DNA from: an uncultured delta proteobacterium
GTDB lineage: Bacteria; Myxococcota_A; Polyangia; Polyangiales; Polyangiaceae
Reading direction: 5' to 3'
NCBI GenBank assembly: GCA_963841435.1
Contig: CAWJCS010000005.1
Location: 992,001 to 1,056,000 of the forward strand
DNA length: 64,000 bases
Positions 57,001 to 64,000 of this stretch are shown piece after piece; positions within the stretch are counted from its first letter, which is position 1; each line of letters begins with the position of its first letter. The notes below the pieces were generated by a model that was not told the DNA's origin, made no database searches, and worked only from the letters and a program-made list of their open reading frames with translations. Made by a program: the position numbers and the translations under genes.

Positions 57001-58780
57001 CTCGGCGAGAGCGAGCTCGCGCGACCTCGCTCTCGAGAGCCTGCCGGTCGTCTGCGCCTACGCGACCGGAACGGTCAGCATGCATGCCGAGGTCTCGGAC
57101 CCGCTCGGCCGCGATCCGCACGTCGATGTCGGACTGGTCGCCCGTGGCTTTAGCGCCGGCTCCACGGAGCGGCTCGACGCGAAGCTCGACCTCGGCGCTC
57201 GCTCGGACCACGCGCGACTCGACGCCGAGATCGTGCACGGCCGCGAGCGCTCGACGGTCTTCGCGCGCGTCCCACTCAGGCTTCGAGACGGCAAAGCGAG
57301 CATCGCGCTCGACGCCCCCATCGAGGGTCGCATGAAGCTCGTCCACCTCCCGCTCGAACCGTTCTTGAACCCCAAGGGCGCGATCTCCCTTGCCACCGGA
57401 ACGCTGAGCGGGCGGGTGACGCTCGGCGGAACGCTCGCCCATCCGAAGCTCGGCGGCAGGATCGACCTCGAGAAGGTCGGGTTCACGGCGACGGACGCAG
57501 CGCAACCCCTGCGCGATGTCGGCGGTCGCCTGGTGTTCACGGAACGCGAGATCCGGCTCGAGCATCTCGTGGCGCACGACAAGGACGGCAGCCTCGTCCT
57601 CGACGGCCGCCTGGATCTCGAGAACCTCCAGCGCGTGAAGGGAGACTTCACGCTGAAGGCGAGGGATTTCCCGCTCCGACAGCAGGGACAGGTGGTCGCG
57701 ATCACGCAGCTCGACGCCCACGTGACGAGCACCGTGACACCAAGGACCACGAGCGTGCGCGTCGAGCTGGGCCAGATCGACACCTGGCTGGAGAGCGCAG
57801 AGCTCAGAAGCGGCATCGATCTGGAAGGGCACCCGGACGTGGTCGTCAACGGTGTCCCCGCGCGCGAGCCCACCGACGGTCCGACGGCGCCCGACGCGCC
57901 CCCACCCGGGTTCGAGGCGGGCAAAACCGCCGCACCAAGGCGCTCCCAATCGAGCGCCGCGCCCCAGCGCCCCGAACTGCCCGGCACTCGGAACGAAAAG
58001 CGGATGGCGCCGCGCACGACGACCATCACGCTCGACGCGCGCAACCACTTCTGGATCAAGCGCAAGGACTTCGCGGTGAAGCTCGCGGCGCTGCTCGACG
58101 TGCGCGTCCAGGGCGAGGCCGTTCGCGTCGAGGGCAAGGTCGATCTCGATCGAGGCTACCTCGAGCTTTTCGGCAAGGTGTTCGAGATCCAGCGCGGCGG
58201 ATACCTCGAGTTCATCGGGTCGCCCGAGCCGGATCCCGTGCTCCAGATCGAGGCGGTGCACCAGAACCGACGCTCGGCGCAAAAGGTGAGCGTCCGCATC
58301 ACGGGGCGCGGTTCGGCGCCAGAGCTCGCCTTCTTCATCGACGACGAGGCGGTCACCGCGGGCGACGCTTTCATCGCCCTCTTCGGCGGGCAGCGTTCGA
58401 ACCAAGATCCGAAGGGCGGAGGGGAGCAGGCGCGGCAGTTCGTGGGCGGCCTGACCGCAGGGATCCTCGCGACCACGGCACGGCGCGAGCTCGGCGCCGC
58501 GGCTCCGATTCTCATGGTCGACCCGGGTGGCGACGACGAGGAAAGCCGAGTACGGGCCGGCTTCGAGCTCGATAGTCTCGTGCCCGGCTTCCTGAAAAAC
58601 GTCGTCACCGGTGTGTACTTCGAGGGCATCGTCTCCAACGGCAAGAGCGCCGATGAAAAGGACGCGAACGTGCACGGCGGCGCGCTCCTCGAGATCTATT
58701 TTCCGCGCGATTTCTTCACCGCCGGCCAGTACGGGCCGGGCACGACCTGGTCGCTCAACGTCGGGTGGCAACCCTATTGA
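54077..58780 (+). CDS. tamB: TamB-like translocation/assembly module protein
   Basis: N-terminal TM, long beta-taco repeats and a C-terminal DUF490-like region; TGATG overlap with tamA. Confidence 0.85.
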   Translation: MRWARLRRWLVRLIVVLSAAILVALVLTTLTLATRFGRNLALGYALVAVNRAIPGRVAVADFSELGLHGLELTGVSVFDPTGKRVLEVKTLRLEADFLGLRPSTLRVERVSVKGGSVDLREVAATRRGLVAAFVDPAAPPSAPRSAPLPYVLVRVLEVEGFRATLPRPAPALPTSVEDLRLLADFELDGGPRANVRRLTFHAERERERWLTVSRFEAHLGRRDETSSMKLEADAAGAAIALSAKGVLPGDEHFEAAPVSLELAISRVTAARLATLAADPGLAQAFSGEVAVRAKVAGSLAALVGNVVADTNGGQVTLDATLADREHLAFELVAQGIRAGRVVSGAPPEPVTAALSGSVELPGAKAAAGTPALGKDELFARVRVRRAKLGDEVLPDMDLRAIVSATGVRDLDLDAEDGVSELSAKGRVGFASDMELELSARVEPATLKRLARLVSAGKKAGGHLKVAAHVSRTKTGYLTVTADLTGRDLALDDLSLARLDAHTALKGDPPRLSGKTRVEIADLRAGEATVHGASLAVTGGPEHYRVTLGGRSNQGDLDLLASVNATSHDLVIEASGRGTRAGHELELAVARTHVALGGSVETQGVSVSFAGQALTLRGRLAPERSELVIDATSIDLGALASMLPADLKPQGHVTLHGALRGELARPELELNIAATSVKLGDRPALDTWLDARLDAPAGTASVELRATDVVASPAREHRLLVELAAESHFATGVPLSRALGDAEHRVHLELDALDLSLVHELAPAVRLPVSGSLHAELDANGTLEAPHAELALDGTLKSAGSPTSYRVAQRASLDAGHFEARLTVDDAKGALFTAFIDATPPSFSRLAADPAHALDDTPFHVMAALAGRKLRELPLPGAASLPNAVLGASLLASHEPGHEPTVELTASLRQEPVPGETSACDQGDIRLDAGATLHEGRFDALVSGTRRDEELLRVSVGAELALADAFSGGEVRLGKISARASSRDLALESLPVVCAYATGTVSMHAEVSDPLGRDPHVDVGLVARGFSAGSTERLDAKLDLGARSDHARLDAEIVHGRERSTVFARVPLRLRDGKASIALDAPIEGRMKLVHLPLEPFLNPKGAISLATGTLSGRVTLGGTLAHPKLGGRIDLEKVGFTATDAAQPLRDVGGRLVFTEREIRLEHLVAHDKDGSLVLDGRLDLENLQRVKGDFTLKARDFPLRQQGQVVAITQLDAHVTSTVTPRTTSVRVELGQIDTWLESAELRSGIDLEGHPDVVVNGVPAREPTDGPTAPDAPPPGFEAGKTAAPRRSQSSAAPQRPELPGTRNEKRMAPRTTTITLDARNHFWIKRKDFAVKLAALLDVRVQGEAVRVEGKVDLDRGYLELFGKVFEIQRGGYLEFIGSPEPDPVLQIEAVHQNRRSAQKVSVRITGRGSAPELAFFIDDEAVTAGDAFIALFGGQRSNQDPKGGGEQARQFVGGLTAGILATTARRELGAAAPILMVDPGGDDEESRVRAGFELDSLVPGFLKNVVTGVYFEGIVSNGKSADEKDANVHGGALLEIYFPRDFFTAGQYGPGTTWSLNVGWQPY

Positions 58781-58846
58781 GGGCGGTCTCGCTCGGGCCG
58801 GCGATGGCGCCGCGTCGCCTACCGCGGCTCAGGGTCCGACGGGCCG

Positions 58847-59371
58847 TCAGCCGCCCTTGGGTGCCGGCGCCGTGCCGCAGTCACAAGGGCCGAAGCCGGA
58901 GCCGTCCGGCAAGCACGCCTGACCGCCCGCGCACGCGGCGGCGCCGACGCAAGCCTGCGTCGCACCGGGAATGCAGCGCGTGGCCGGGGCCGGGGGCGGG
59001 CCGGAAGCGGGCGGGGGCGGGGGAGCGCCGGCGACCGGAACGGGCGCGCCGCTCGGCTCGGGCACCGCGGCAACACCGGCTTTCGGCACGCGGGGTTTCT
59101 CTCCGCGGGAAAGACAGCGTACGACGGCGAAGCTCTTGTGGCCCTCGACCGAAGAATCCCCCGTACCGTAGAAGAGCGCTTCGTCGCTCCCCTGAACGAC
59201 TTCGTACGAGCTACCCTTGCAGTAGTCGTCAACGTGGCTCAGGCACGTCGCGAGCGCGTGATCGCAGCGGAGCTCGTGGACTCCCCCCGGAAGGCGAGTC
59301 ACTTGGACGCCCGGGCGCGAGCACGCGGCGGCCGCAACGAGGAACAACGAAGCCGAAGGGATCAGCCGCAC
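58847..59371 (-). CDS. Hypothetical lipoprotein with a Cys-rich C-terminal module
   Basis: AAAC lipobox; CIPGATQACVGAAACAGGQACLPDGSGFGPCDC. Confidence 0.7.
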   Translation of the reverse strand: MRLIPSASLFLVAAAACSRPGVQVTRLPGGVHELRCDHALATCLSHVDDYCKGSSYEVVQGSDEALFYGTGDSSVEGHKSFAVVRCLSRGEKPRVPKAGVAAVPEPSGAPVPVAGAPPPPPASGPPPAPATRCIPGATQACVGAAACAGGQACLPDGSGFGPCDCGTAPAPKGG

Positions 59372-59466
59372 GGAGCGGCACCTCTACGCCGATCATGGCC
59401 GGCGTCAACGCCCGACCGGTCGGGCGCTTGCCGGCACGTCCGTCGATTGCCTAACATGGTGGGCTG

Positions 59467-60498
59467 ATGCGTCGCTGCGCCGGTCTCCTGCTTCTTGCTT
59501 CGCTGTTGCTCCTTTCGAGCCACGGGCGCGCCCAGTCGGCGGAGGAGGCGGCCCGCGCCGCCGCACGCAAGCTCGGGTACGCGGGCATCGAGGCGTACCA
59601 GGCGGCCGACTACGCCAGCGCCGCCGACAAGCTCGACCGTGCCTATCAGGTGCTCAAGGCGCCCTCGCTCGGCCTCTGGTCCGCGCGCTCGATGCTGGCA
59701 ACGGGCCGCCTGGTCGACGCCTCGGAGCGGCTGGTCGAGGTGACGCGCCTGAGCGTGGAGTCGGGCGAACGAAAGGTGCAGGAGAAAGCCAAGGTCGACG
59801 CGCGGCGGGAGCTCGACGCCTTGATCCCGAGGATTCCGAGCGTCGTCATCCGCCTCGAGGGCGCGGAGCCGTCCGACGTGACGCTGAGCATCGACGGCGT
59901 CGGGGTGCCCTCGGCGCTCGTCGGCGAGGGCCGACCCACGGATCCAGGTAAGCACCGCGTCGAGGGCGTGCGTGGCACCGAGCGCGTCCAGGCCGAGGTC
60001 ACGCTGAAGGAGCGGGAGGACAAGAGCGTGACGCTCCGCTTCAATCCCGCGCGCGCGCTGCCGGCGGCGGGTGGTGCCGCGCCGGCAGGCACGGCCGTCA
60101 ACGGTAGCTCGCCGAGCGCGAGCAACGAGCCCGGCGCCGATCGAGACGGCGGTCGGGCGCGCGCTTCGTCGAGCGGCGGCTCGGGCCTGCGCACGTTCGG
60201 CTGGATTTCCATCGGGGTCGGCGCTGCCGGAGCCGGCGTGGCCATCACGACGGGCGTGCTCGCATTGCAGAAGAAGCGCGACATCCAAGCCGCCGGCGAC
60301 TGCGTGGGAGGCTGCAAGGAGACCGGTCGCGTCCAGAACTTCAATACGTTGCGAACGATCTCGATCGCGAGCTCCATCGCGGCGGGCGTCCTCGTGGTCA
60401 CGGGCGTCACCCTCGTGTTGGTGGCCCCGAGCGGCAGCGACACTGAGGCGGCCCTCTCGGTCGGCCCGGGCTCCGTCTCCATTCGCGGCGCATTCTGA
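59467..60498 (+). CDS. TPR + PEGA-domain membrane protein
   Basis: Signal peptide, TPR helices, LSIDG...DPGKHRV, C-terminal TM hairpin ending RGAF. Confidence 0.8.
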   Translation: MRRCAGLLLLASLLLLSSHGRAQSAEEAARAAARKLGYAGIEAYQAADYASAADKLDRAYQVLKAPSLGLWSARSMLATGRLVDASERLVEVTRLSVESGERKVQEKAKVDARRELDALIPRIPSVVIRLEGAEPSDVTLSIDGVGVPSALVGEGRPTDPGKHRVEGVRGTERVQAEVTLKEREDKSVTLRFNPARALPAAGGAAPAGTAVNGSSPSASNEPGADRDGGRARASSSGGSGLRTFGWISIGVGAAGAGVAITTGVLALQKKRDIQAAGDCVGGCKETGRVQNFNTLRTISIASSIAAGVLVVTGVTLVLVAPSGSDTEAALSVGPGSVSIRGAF

Positions 60499-60539
60499 GC
60501 TCCGCGAGGAGCGCGCCGTCGTGCTACCCTGGGGCCTCT

Positions 60540-61997
60540 ATGAGCGCGGAAGGGACCGTGTTCGGCGGCAAGTACCGCCTCGAACGTAAGCTCGGCCAGG
60601 GCGGCATGGGCTCGGTGTGGCGGGCCGAGCACGTTCAGCTGAAGTCCCCCGTCGCGATCAAGCTCATCGAGGAGACCATCGCGACGAACCCCGAGGCCCT
60701 CGCGCGCTTCATGCGTGAAGCGCAAGCGGCTGCCTCGCTGCGCAGCCCGCACGTCGTTCAGATCCTCGATCACGGCGCCGACAACGGCGTGCCCTACATT
60801 GCGATGGAGCTGCTCGAGGGGGAGAGCCTCGCCCAGCGCCTCGACCGACTGAAGCGCCTCGAGCCGCGGGAGGCTGCGCTCGTCATCACCCACATTGCCC
60901 GTGCCGTGTCGCGAGCGCACGAGGCCGGCATCGTGCATCGCGACCTCAAGCCCGACAACGTCTTCATCGTCAAGAACGACGACGAAGAGGTCGCCAAGGT
61001 GCTCGACTTCGGCATCGCGAAGGCCGCGGGAGTCTCCGTCGGGCCGAGCTCGAGCACGCGCACGGGTGCCGTGCTCGGCACGCCGTACTACATGAGCCCC
61101 GAGCAAGCCGAAGGGAACCGCTCGGTCGACTTTCGGAGCGACATCTGGGCCATCGGTGTCATCGGCTACGAGTGCATCGTCGGGCAGCGACCCTTCGAAA
61201 GCGAGGCGTTCGGTAGCCTGCTGCTTGCCATCTGCACGCGGCCGCTGCCAATCCCCTCGGCGGCCGCGCCCGTCCCGGCGGGCTTCGACGCCTGGTTCGC
61301 CAGGTGCTGCGCGCGGGAGCCCGACCAGCGTTTCCAGTCGGTGCGCGAAGCCGCCGTCGAGCTGAAGCGTCTCTGCGGTGACCCAACGGCGAGCCTGGGC
61401 TCGATCGACGCCGGACTCCAGCCGCACTCGGACGGGCGCGTTTCCCTGCGCACTCCCCTCCGGCCGCCGACCCAAACGCCCGGCCCGACACCCGGCCCCA
61501 CCGCGAGCCCGTACACGGCAAGCGTCGGCGCGCTCACCACGCCGCGGCGCAACGCCCCCGTCGTGATCGGCGTCACGATCTTCGCTGCGGCGGCCATCAT
61601 TGGCGTGGTGCTCGTCACGCGCTTCATGGGCGCGAGCGACGCCACGAGCGACTCCGCAACGCCGCCGGCCGTCGCAGCACCGCCGCCCGAGGCCACCCCG
61701 GCGGTCGCTCCCGTGCCCATCCCCTCACCCGCTGCCACGACGCCGCCCGTCAGCGTGCTCCCAGTGGACGACGCCACCACGGCGAGCCCGTCGGCCTCCG
61801 CGAGCGCCGCGGCTGCCCCCAGAGCTCGGCCCGCGCCGGCACGCCCGCGCGCCGTGACGCCCAGTCGTCCGGCGCCACCCGTCGCGGCGGCACCGGCACC
61901 GGCTCCCGCTCCCGCGCCACCACCGGCACCCGCGCCAGAGCCCGCCTCACCGAAGCCCACGGCGCCATCGAGGCAGAAGGTCGACCTCGGTATCTGA
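60540..61997 (+). CDS. Hanks-type Ser/Thr protein kinase with TM and Pro-rich tail
   Basis: LGQGGMG, VAIK, HRDLKPDN, DFGIAK, GTPYYMSPEQ, DIW. Confidence 0.96.
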   Translation: MSAEGTVFGGKYRLERKLGQGGMGSVWRAEHVQLKSPVAIKLIEETIATNPEALARFMREAQAAASLRSPHVVQILDHGADNGVPYIAMELLEGESLAQRLDRLKRLEPREAALVITHIARAVSRAHEAGIVHRDLKPDNVFIVKNDDEEVAKVLDFGIAKAAGVSVGPSSSTRTGAVLGTPYYMSPEQAEGNRSVDFRSDIWAIGVIGYECIVGQRPFESEAFGSLLLAICTRPLPIPSAAAPVPAGFDAWFARCCAREPDQRFQSVREAAVELKRLCGDPTASLGSIDAGLQPHSDGRVSLRTPLRPPTQTPGPTPGPTASPYTASVGALTTPRRNAPVVIGVTIFAAAAIIGVVLVTRFMGASDATSDSATPPAVAAPPPEATPAVAPVPIPSPAATTPPVSVLPVDDATTASPSASASAAAAPRARPAPARPRAVTPSRPAPPVAAAPAPAPAPAPPPAPAPEPASPKPTAPSRQKVDLGI

Positions 61998-62030
61998 GGG
62001 CCCGGGCGCCGCGGCGAGGTGTCGCCGACT

Positions 62031-63362
62031 TCAGCCCTGCATGCACATGCCCATGACGCACGTGCCGGTGCAGCCGTCACCGACGCCGTTCGTCATGCAG
62101 CACGGCTGACCCGGCATGCCGCAGGCCTGGCAGGTGTTCTGGATGCACTCCATGCCCTGGGCGCCGCAGCCGCTGCCGCCTCCAGGACAGCACGCCTGCC
62201 CCTGCTGCCCGCACAACGTGCACTCGCTGTTGATGCACGCGACGCCGTTCCCGGCGCACTGCCCAGCGCCACCACCGCCGCCGCCTGGGCAGCAAGCCTC
62301 GCCGACGTCGCCGCACTGCACGCACTTGTCGTTGAGGCAGCCGTAGCCCGTGCCCGCGCAATCGGGCACGCCCTGGATGTTGCAGCACGTCTGACCCGCA
62401 CCACCGCAATCGGGGGCCTGGCAGGTGTCGTCGATGCAGAAGAGTCCCGCGCCGGTGCAATCGGTGGCGCCGCCGCAGCACGGCTCGTCGGTGCCGCCGC
62501 ACGCCTGGCAGTTGTCGCCGTCGCAGACGGTGCCCTGCTTGCAAAGGTTGTTCTGGCCGCAGCACGTCTGGTCGGTGTCGCCGCACATATCGCGGCAAGT
62601 CGCCGTGCCGCCGGCGCCGCCACCGGCGCCACCGACGCACACACCTTCGTCGCAACTGCGTCCGGGGCAGCACGGTTCGTCAGCTCCACCGCAAGCGTTG
62701 CAAGTGCCGTTGTTGCCGCCCTGGCACACGTTGCCCGACTGGCAATTTCCCGCACAGCAATCCTGACCGTCGGCGCCGCAGTTCTCGCAGGCGCCCGTCG
62801 AGCAGTCACCGCGCATCATGCCGCAGCTCATCCCGTCGGCGACGCAGGTGTCGTTCACACAGCAGCCACCGGCGTCACAGCTGTCGCCGGCACAGCACGC
62901 CTCGCCGTCGCCGCCGCACGACTCGCAGGTTCCCATGACGCAGATCGCGTCCCGGTCGCAGCTCGCGCCCGTGCAGCAGTCCTGGCCGACCGCGCCGCAA
63001 TCCGTCGGTCCCTCTCCGCCCGCGCCGCCTTCCGGCGAGCCCGCCATCCCGCCAGCGGCGTTGCCCGCCGAGCCCGACGAGCCGCCCGTGGAGGTGCCTG
63101 CGGTGCCACCGGTGGCACCGCCCGTGCCGCCCGTCGCGCTGCCGGAGCTGCCACCCGTCGAGGAGCCCGAGCTGCCCGCCGTCCCCGCGGAGCCACCCGA
63201 ACCGGTCGTGCCGGCTCCCCCACCCTTGCCTCCGCCCGGGATCACCTGCGCGTCGTCGTCGCCACCGCAACCGACGGCGGTGACGCCTCCGATCAGGGCC
63301 AAGGTGATGATGCCGAGTCGAATGGTCGAGAAAACGCGAGTAGGAACGGAGAAAAGGGTCAT
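62031..63362 (-). CDS. Cys-rich repeat lipoprotein
   Basis: AVGC lipobox, Gly/Ser/Thr linker and ten CGxxxxxCC repeats; purine-rich AAGAAGGAAG upstream. Confidence 0.85.
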   Translation of the reverse strand: MTLFSVPTRVFSTIRLGIITLALIGGVTAVGCGGDDDAQVIPGGGKGGGAGTTGSGGSAGTAGSSGSSTGGSSGSATGGTGGATGGTAGTSTGGSSGSAGNAAGGMAGSPEGGAGGEGPTDCGAVGQDCCTGASCDRDAICVMGTCESCGGDGEACCAGDSCDAGGCCVNDTCVADGMSCGMMRGDCSTGACENCGADGQDCCAGNCQSGNVCQGGNNGTCNACGGADEPCCPGRSCDEGVCVGGAGGGAGGTATCRDMCGDTDQTCCGQNNLCKQGTVCDGDNCQACGGTDEPCCGGATDCTGAGLFCIDDTCQAPDCGGAGQTCCNIQGVPDCAGTGYGCLNDKCVQCGDVGEACCPGGGGGGAGQCAGNGVACINSECTLCGQQGQACCPGGGSGCGAQGMECIQNTCQACGMPGQPCCMTNGVGDGCTGTCVMGMCMQG

Positions 63363-63661
63363 GAGCGCTTCCTTCTTGTCTTCCGCTGGGAGCGTAGACG
63401 GCCGAGCGCCGAACGCGCCCTCGGTAGTCTTTGTGGCCCGGTGACCAGGGTCCCAGGCAGCACCTACCAGGAAATCCACCTTCGCTACAACGCGGGACCG
63501 CCCCAGTGCGGGTAGACCGGCCCGCCGGCTCGTCACGGCGCGCCCCGGGGGCACTACCGTCGCGCGATAGACTCGAAGGGTCGGCGGCTGGTTGCTTCCG
63601 CCCCTCGTGGCCGCGTCGGCGGGTTGCTCGGCGGGTCCGCAGCAGTGCTACTCGGGCGCCC

Positions 63662-64000
63662 ATGAGCCGCATCTACAAGACCCTACCCCCCCCGGGCACC
63701 CGCCTCGGCATCGCCTTCTCGGGCGGGCTCGACACGCGCTGCGCCGTCGCCTGGCTCTCGCGCAAAGGCATCGAGGTTCATTCGTACACGGCGGACCTCG
63801 CTCAGCCGGACGAAAAAGACCCGGCAACGATTCCACCGATTGCGACCGAGCACGGCGCCGTGCAGGCACGCCTCATCGATTGCCGCGAGCCGCTCGCGCG
63901 CGAAGGCATCGTCGCGATCCAGTGCGGCGCGTTCCACCTTGCGACCGGTGGCAAGAAGTACTTCAACACCACGCCGCTCGGACGCGCCGTGACGGCCACC
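63662..64000 (+). CDS. argG: Argininosuccinate synthase, N-terminal part (runs off the window; absent from the ORF track)
   Basis: [25 protein letters not shown]...[10 protein letters not shown]...[12 protein letters not shown]. Confidence 0.93.
   Translation, partial: MSRIYKTLPPPGTRLGIAFSGGLDTRCAVAWLSRKGIEVHSYTADLAQPDEKDPATIPPIATEHGAVQARLIDCREPLAREGIVAIQCGAFHLATGGKKYFNTTPLGRAVTAT

Noticed and set aside
254-58771. Many long alternative ORFs (e.g. 254-2431+, 2406-4670-, 24258-27305-, 48253-50460-, 56681-58771-)
   Set aside because: Antisense or alternate-frame shadows of motif-bearing genes, expected at high GC; Arg/Ala/Pro-rich with no recognisable motifs.
63363-63661. Possible riboswitch or ncRNA in the 300-bp divergent spacer (hairpin near 63395-63430)
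   Set aside because: No known aptamer consensus recognised; GC-rich hairpins arise easily.
1-64000. Frequent CTCGAG/GAGCTC words and a possible CRISPR-like periodicity
   Set aside because: Explained by Leu-Glu/Glu-Leu codon usage; no regularly spaced repeat-spacer array or cas gene seen.

Overview
This is a very GC-rich, densely coding chromosomal segment. Gene content (a MYXO-CTERM protein, a PEGA protein plus Ser/Thr kinase, Cys-rich lipoproteins, a TolB-like lipoprotein, TamA/TamB) points to Myxococcota, probably Polyangiales; that is an inference. I can support about 51 CDS and saw no rRNA, tRNA, CRISPR array, transposase or integrase. Many of the long ORFs in the track are antisense or alternate-frame shadows. 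The main find is a translationally coupled minus-strand RiPP operon at 13709-11388. It encodes a 91-aa Cys-rich precursor with a lipoprotein signal and four (N/S)ECxG motifs, resembling bufferin BufA2-type precursors. Next come an intact DUF692/MNIO oxidase and a DUF2063 (BufC/HvfC-type) partner that runs in frame, without a stop, into a lipobox and a two-CxxCH cytochrome c domain. No DoxX gene is present, and an ECF-type promoter candidate and a 5' hairpin lie upstream. Other points: two frameshifted genes (rhomboid, DUF3095); two genes whose apparent N-termini are interrupted by an in-frame TGA-C; an exact SigR/SigH-type promoter before an ECF sigma/zinc anti-sigma pair; a MocR-type operator; a diheme peroxidase-like gene coupled to a MopE-repeat lipoprotein; a CtpH/CtpI-like giant P-type ATPase; orphan SdhC-like and PDZ-NuoH-like proteins; and a lipoprotein with ten knottin-like repeats. 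All family calls come from motif recognition by eye, with no database search. Start codons are my best estimates.
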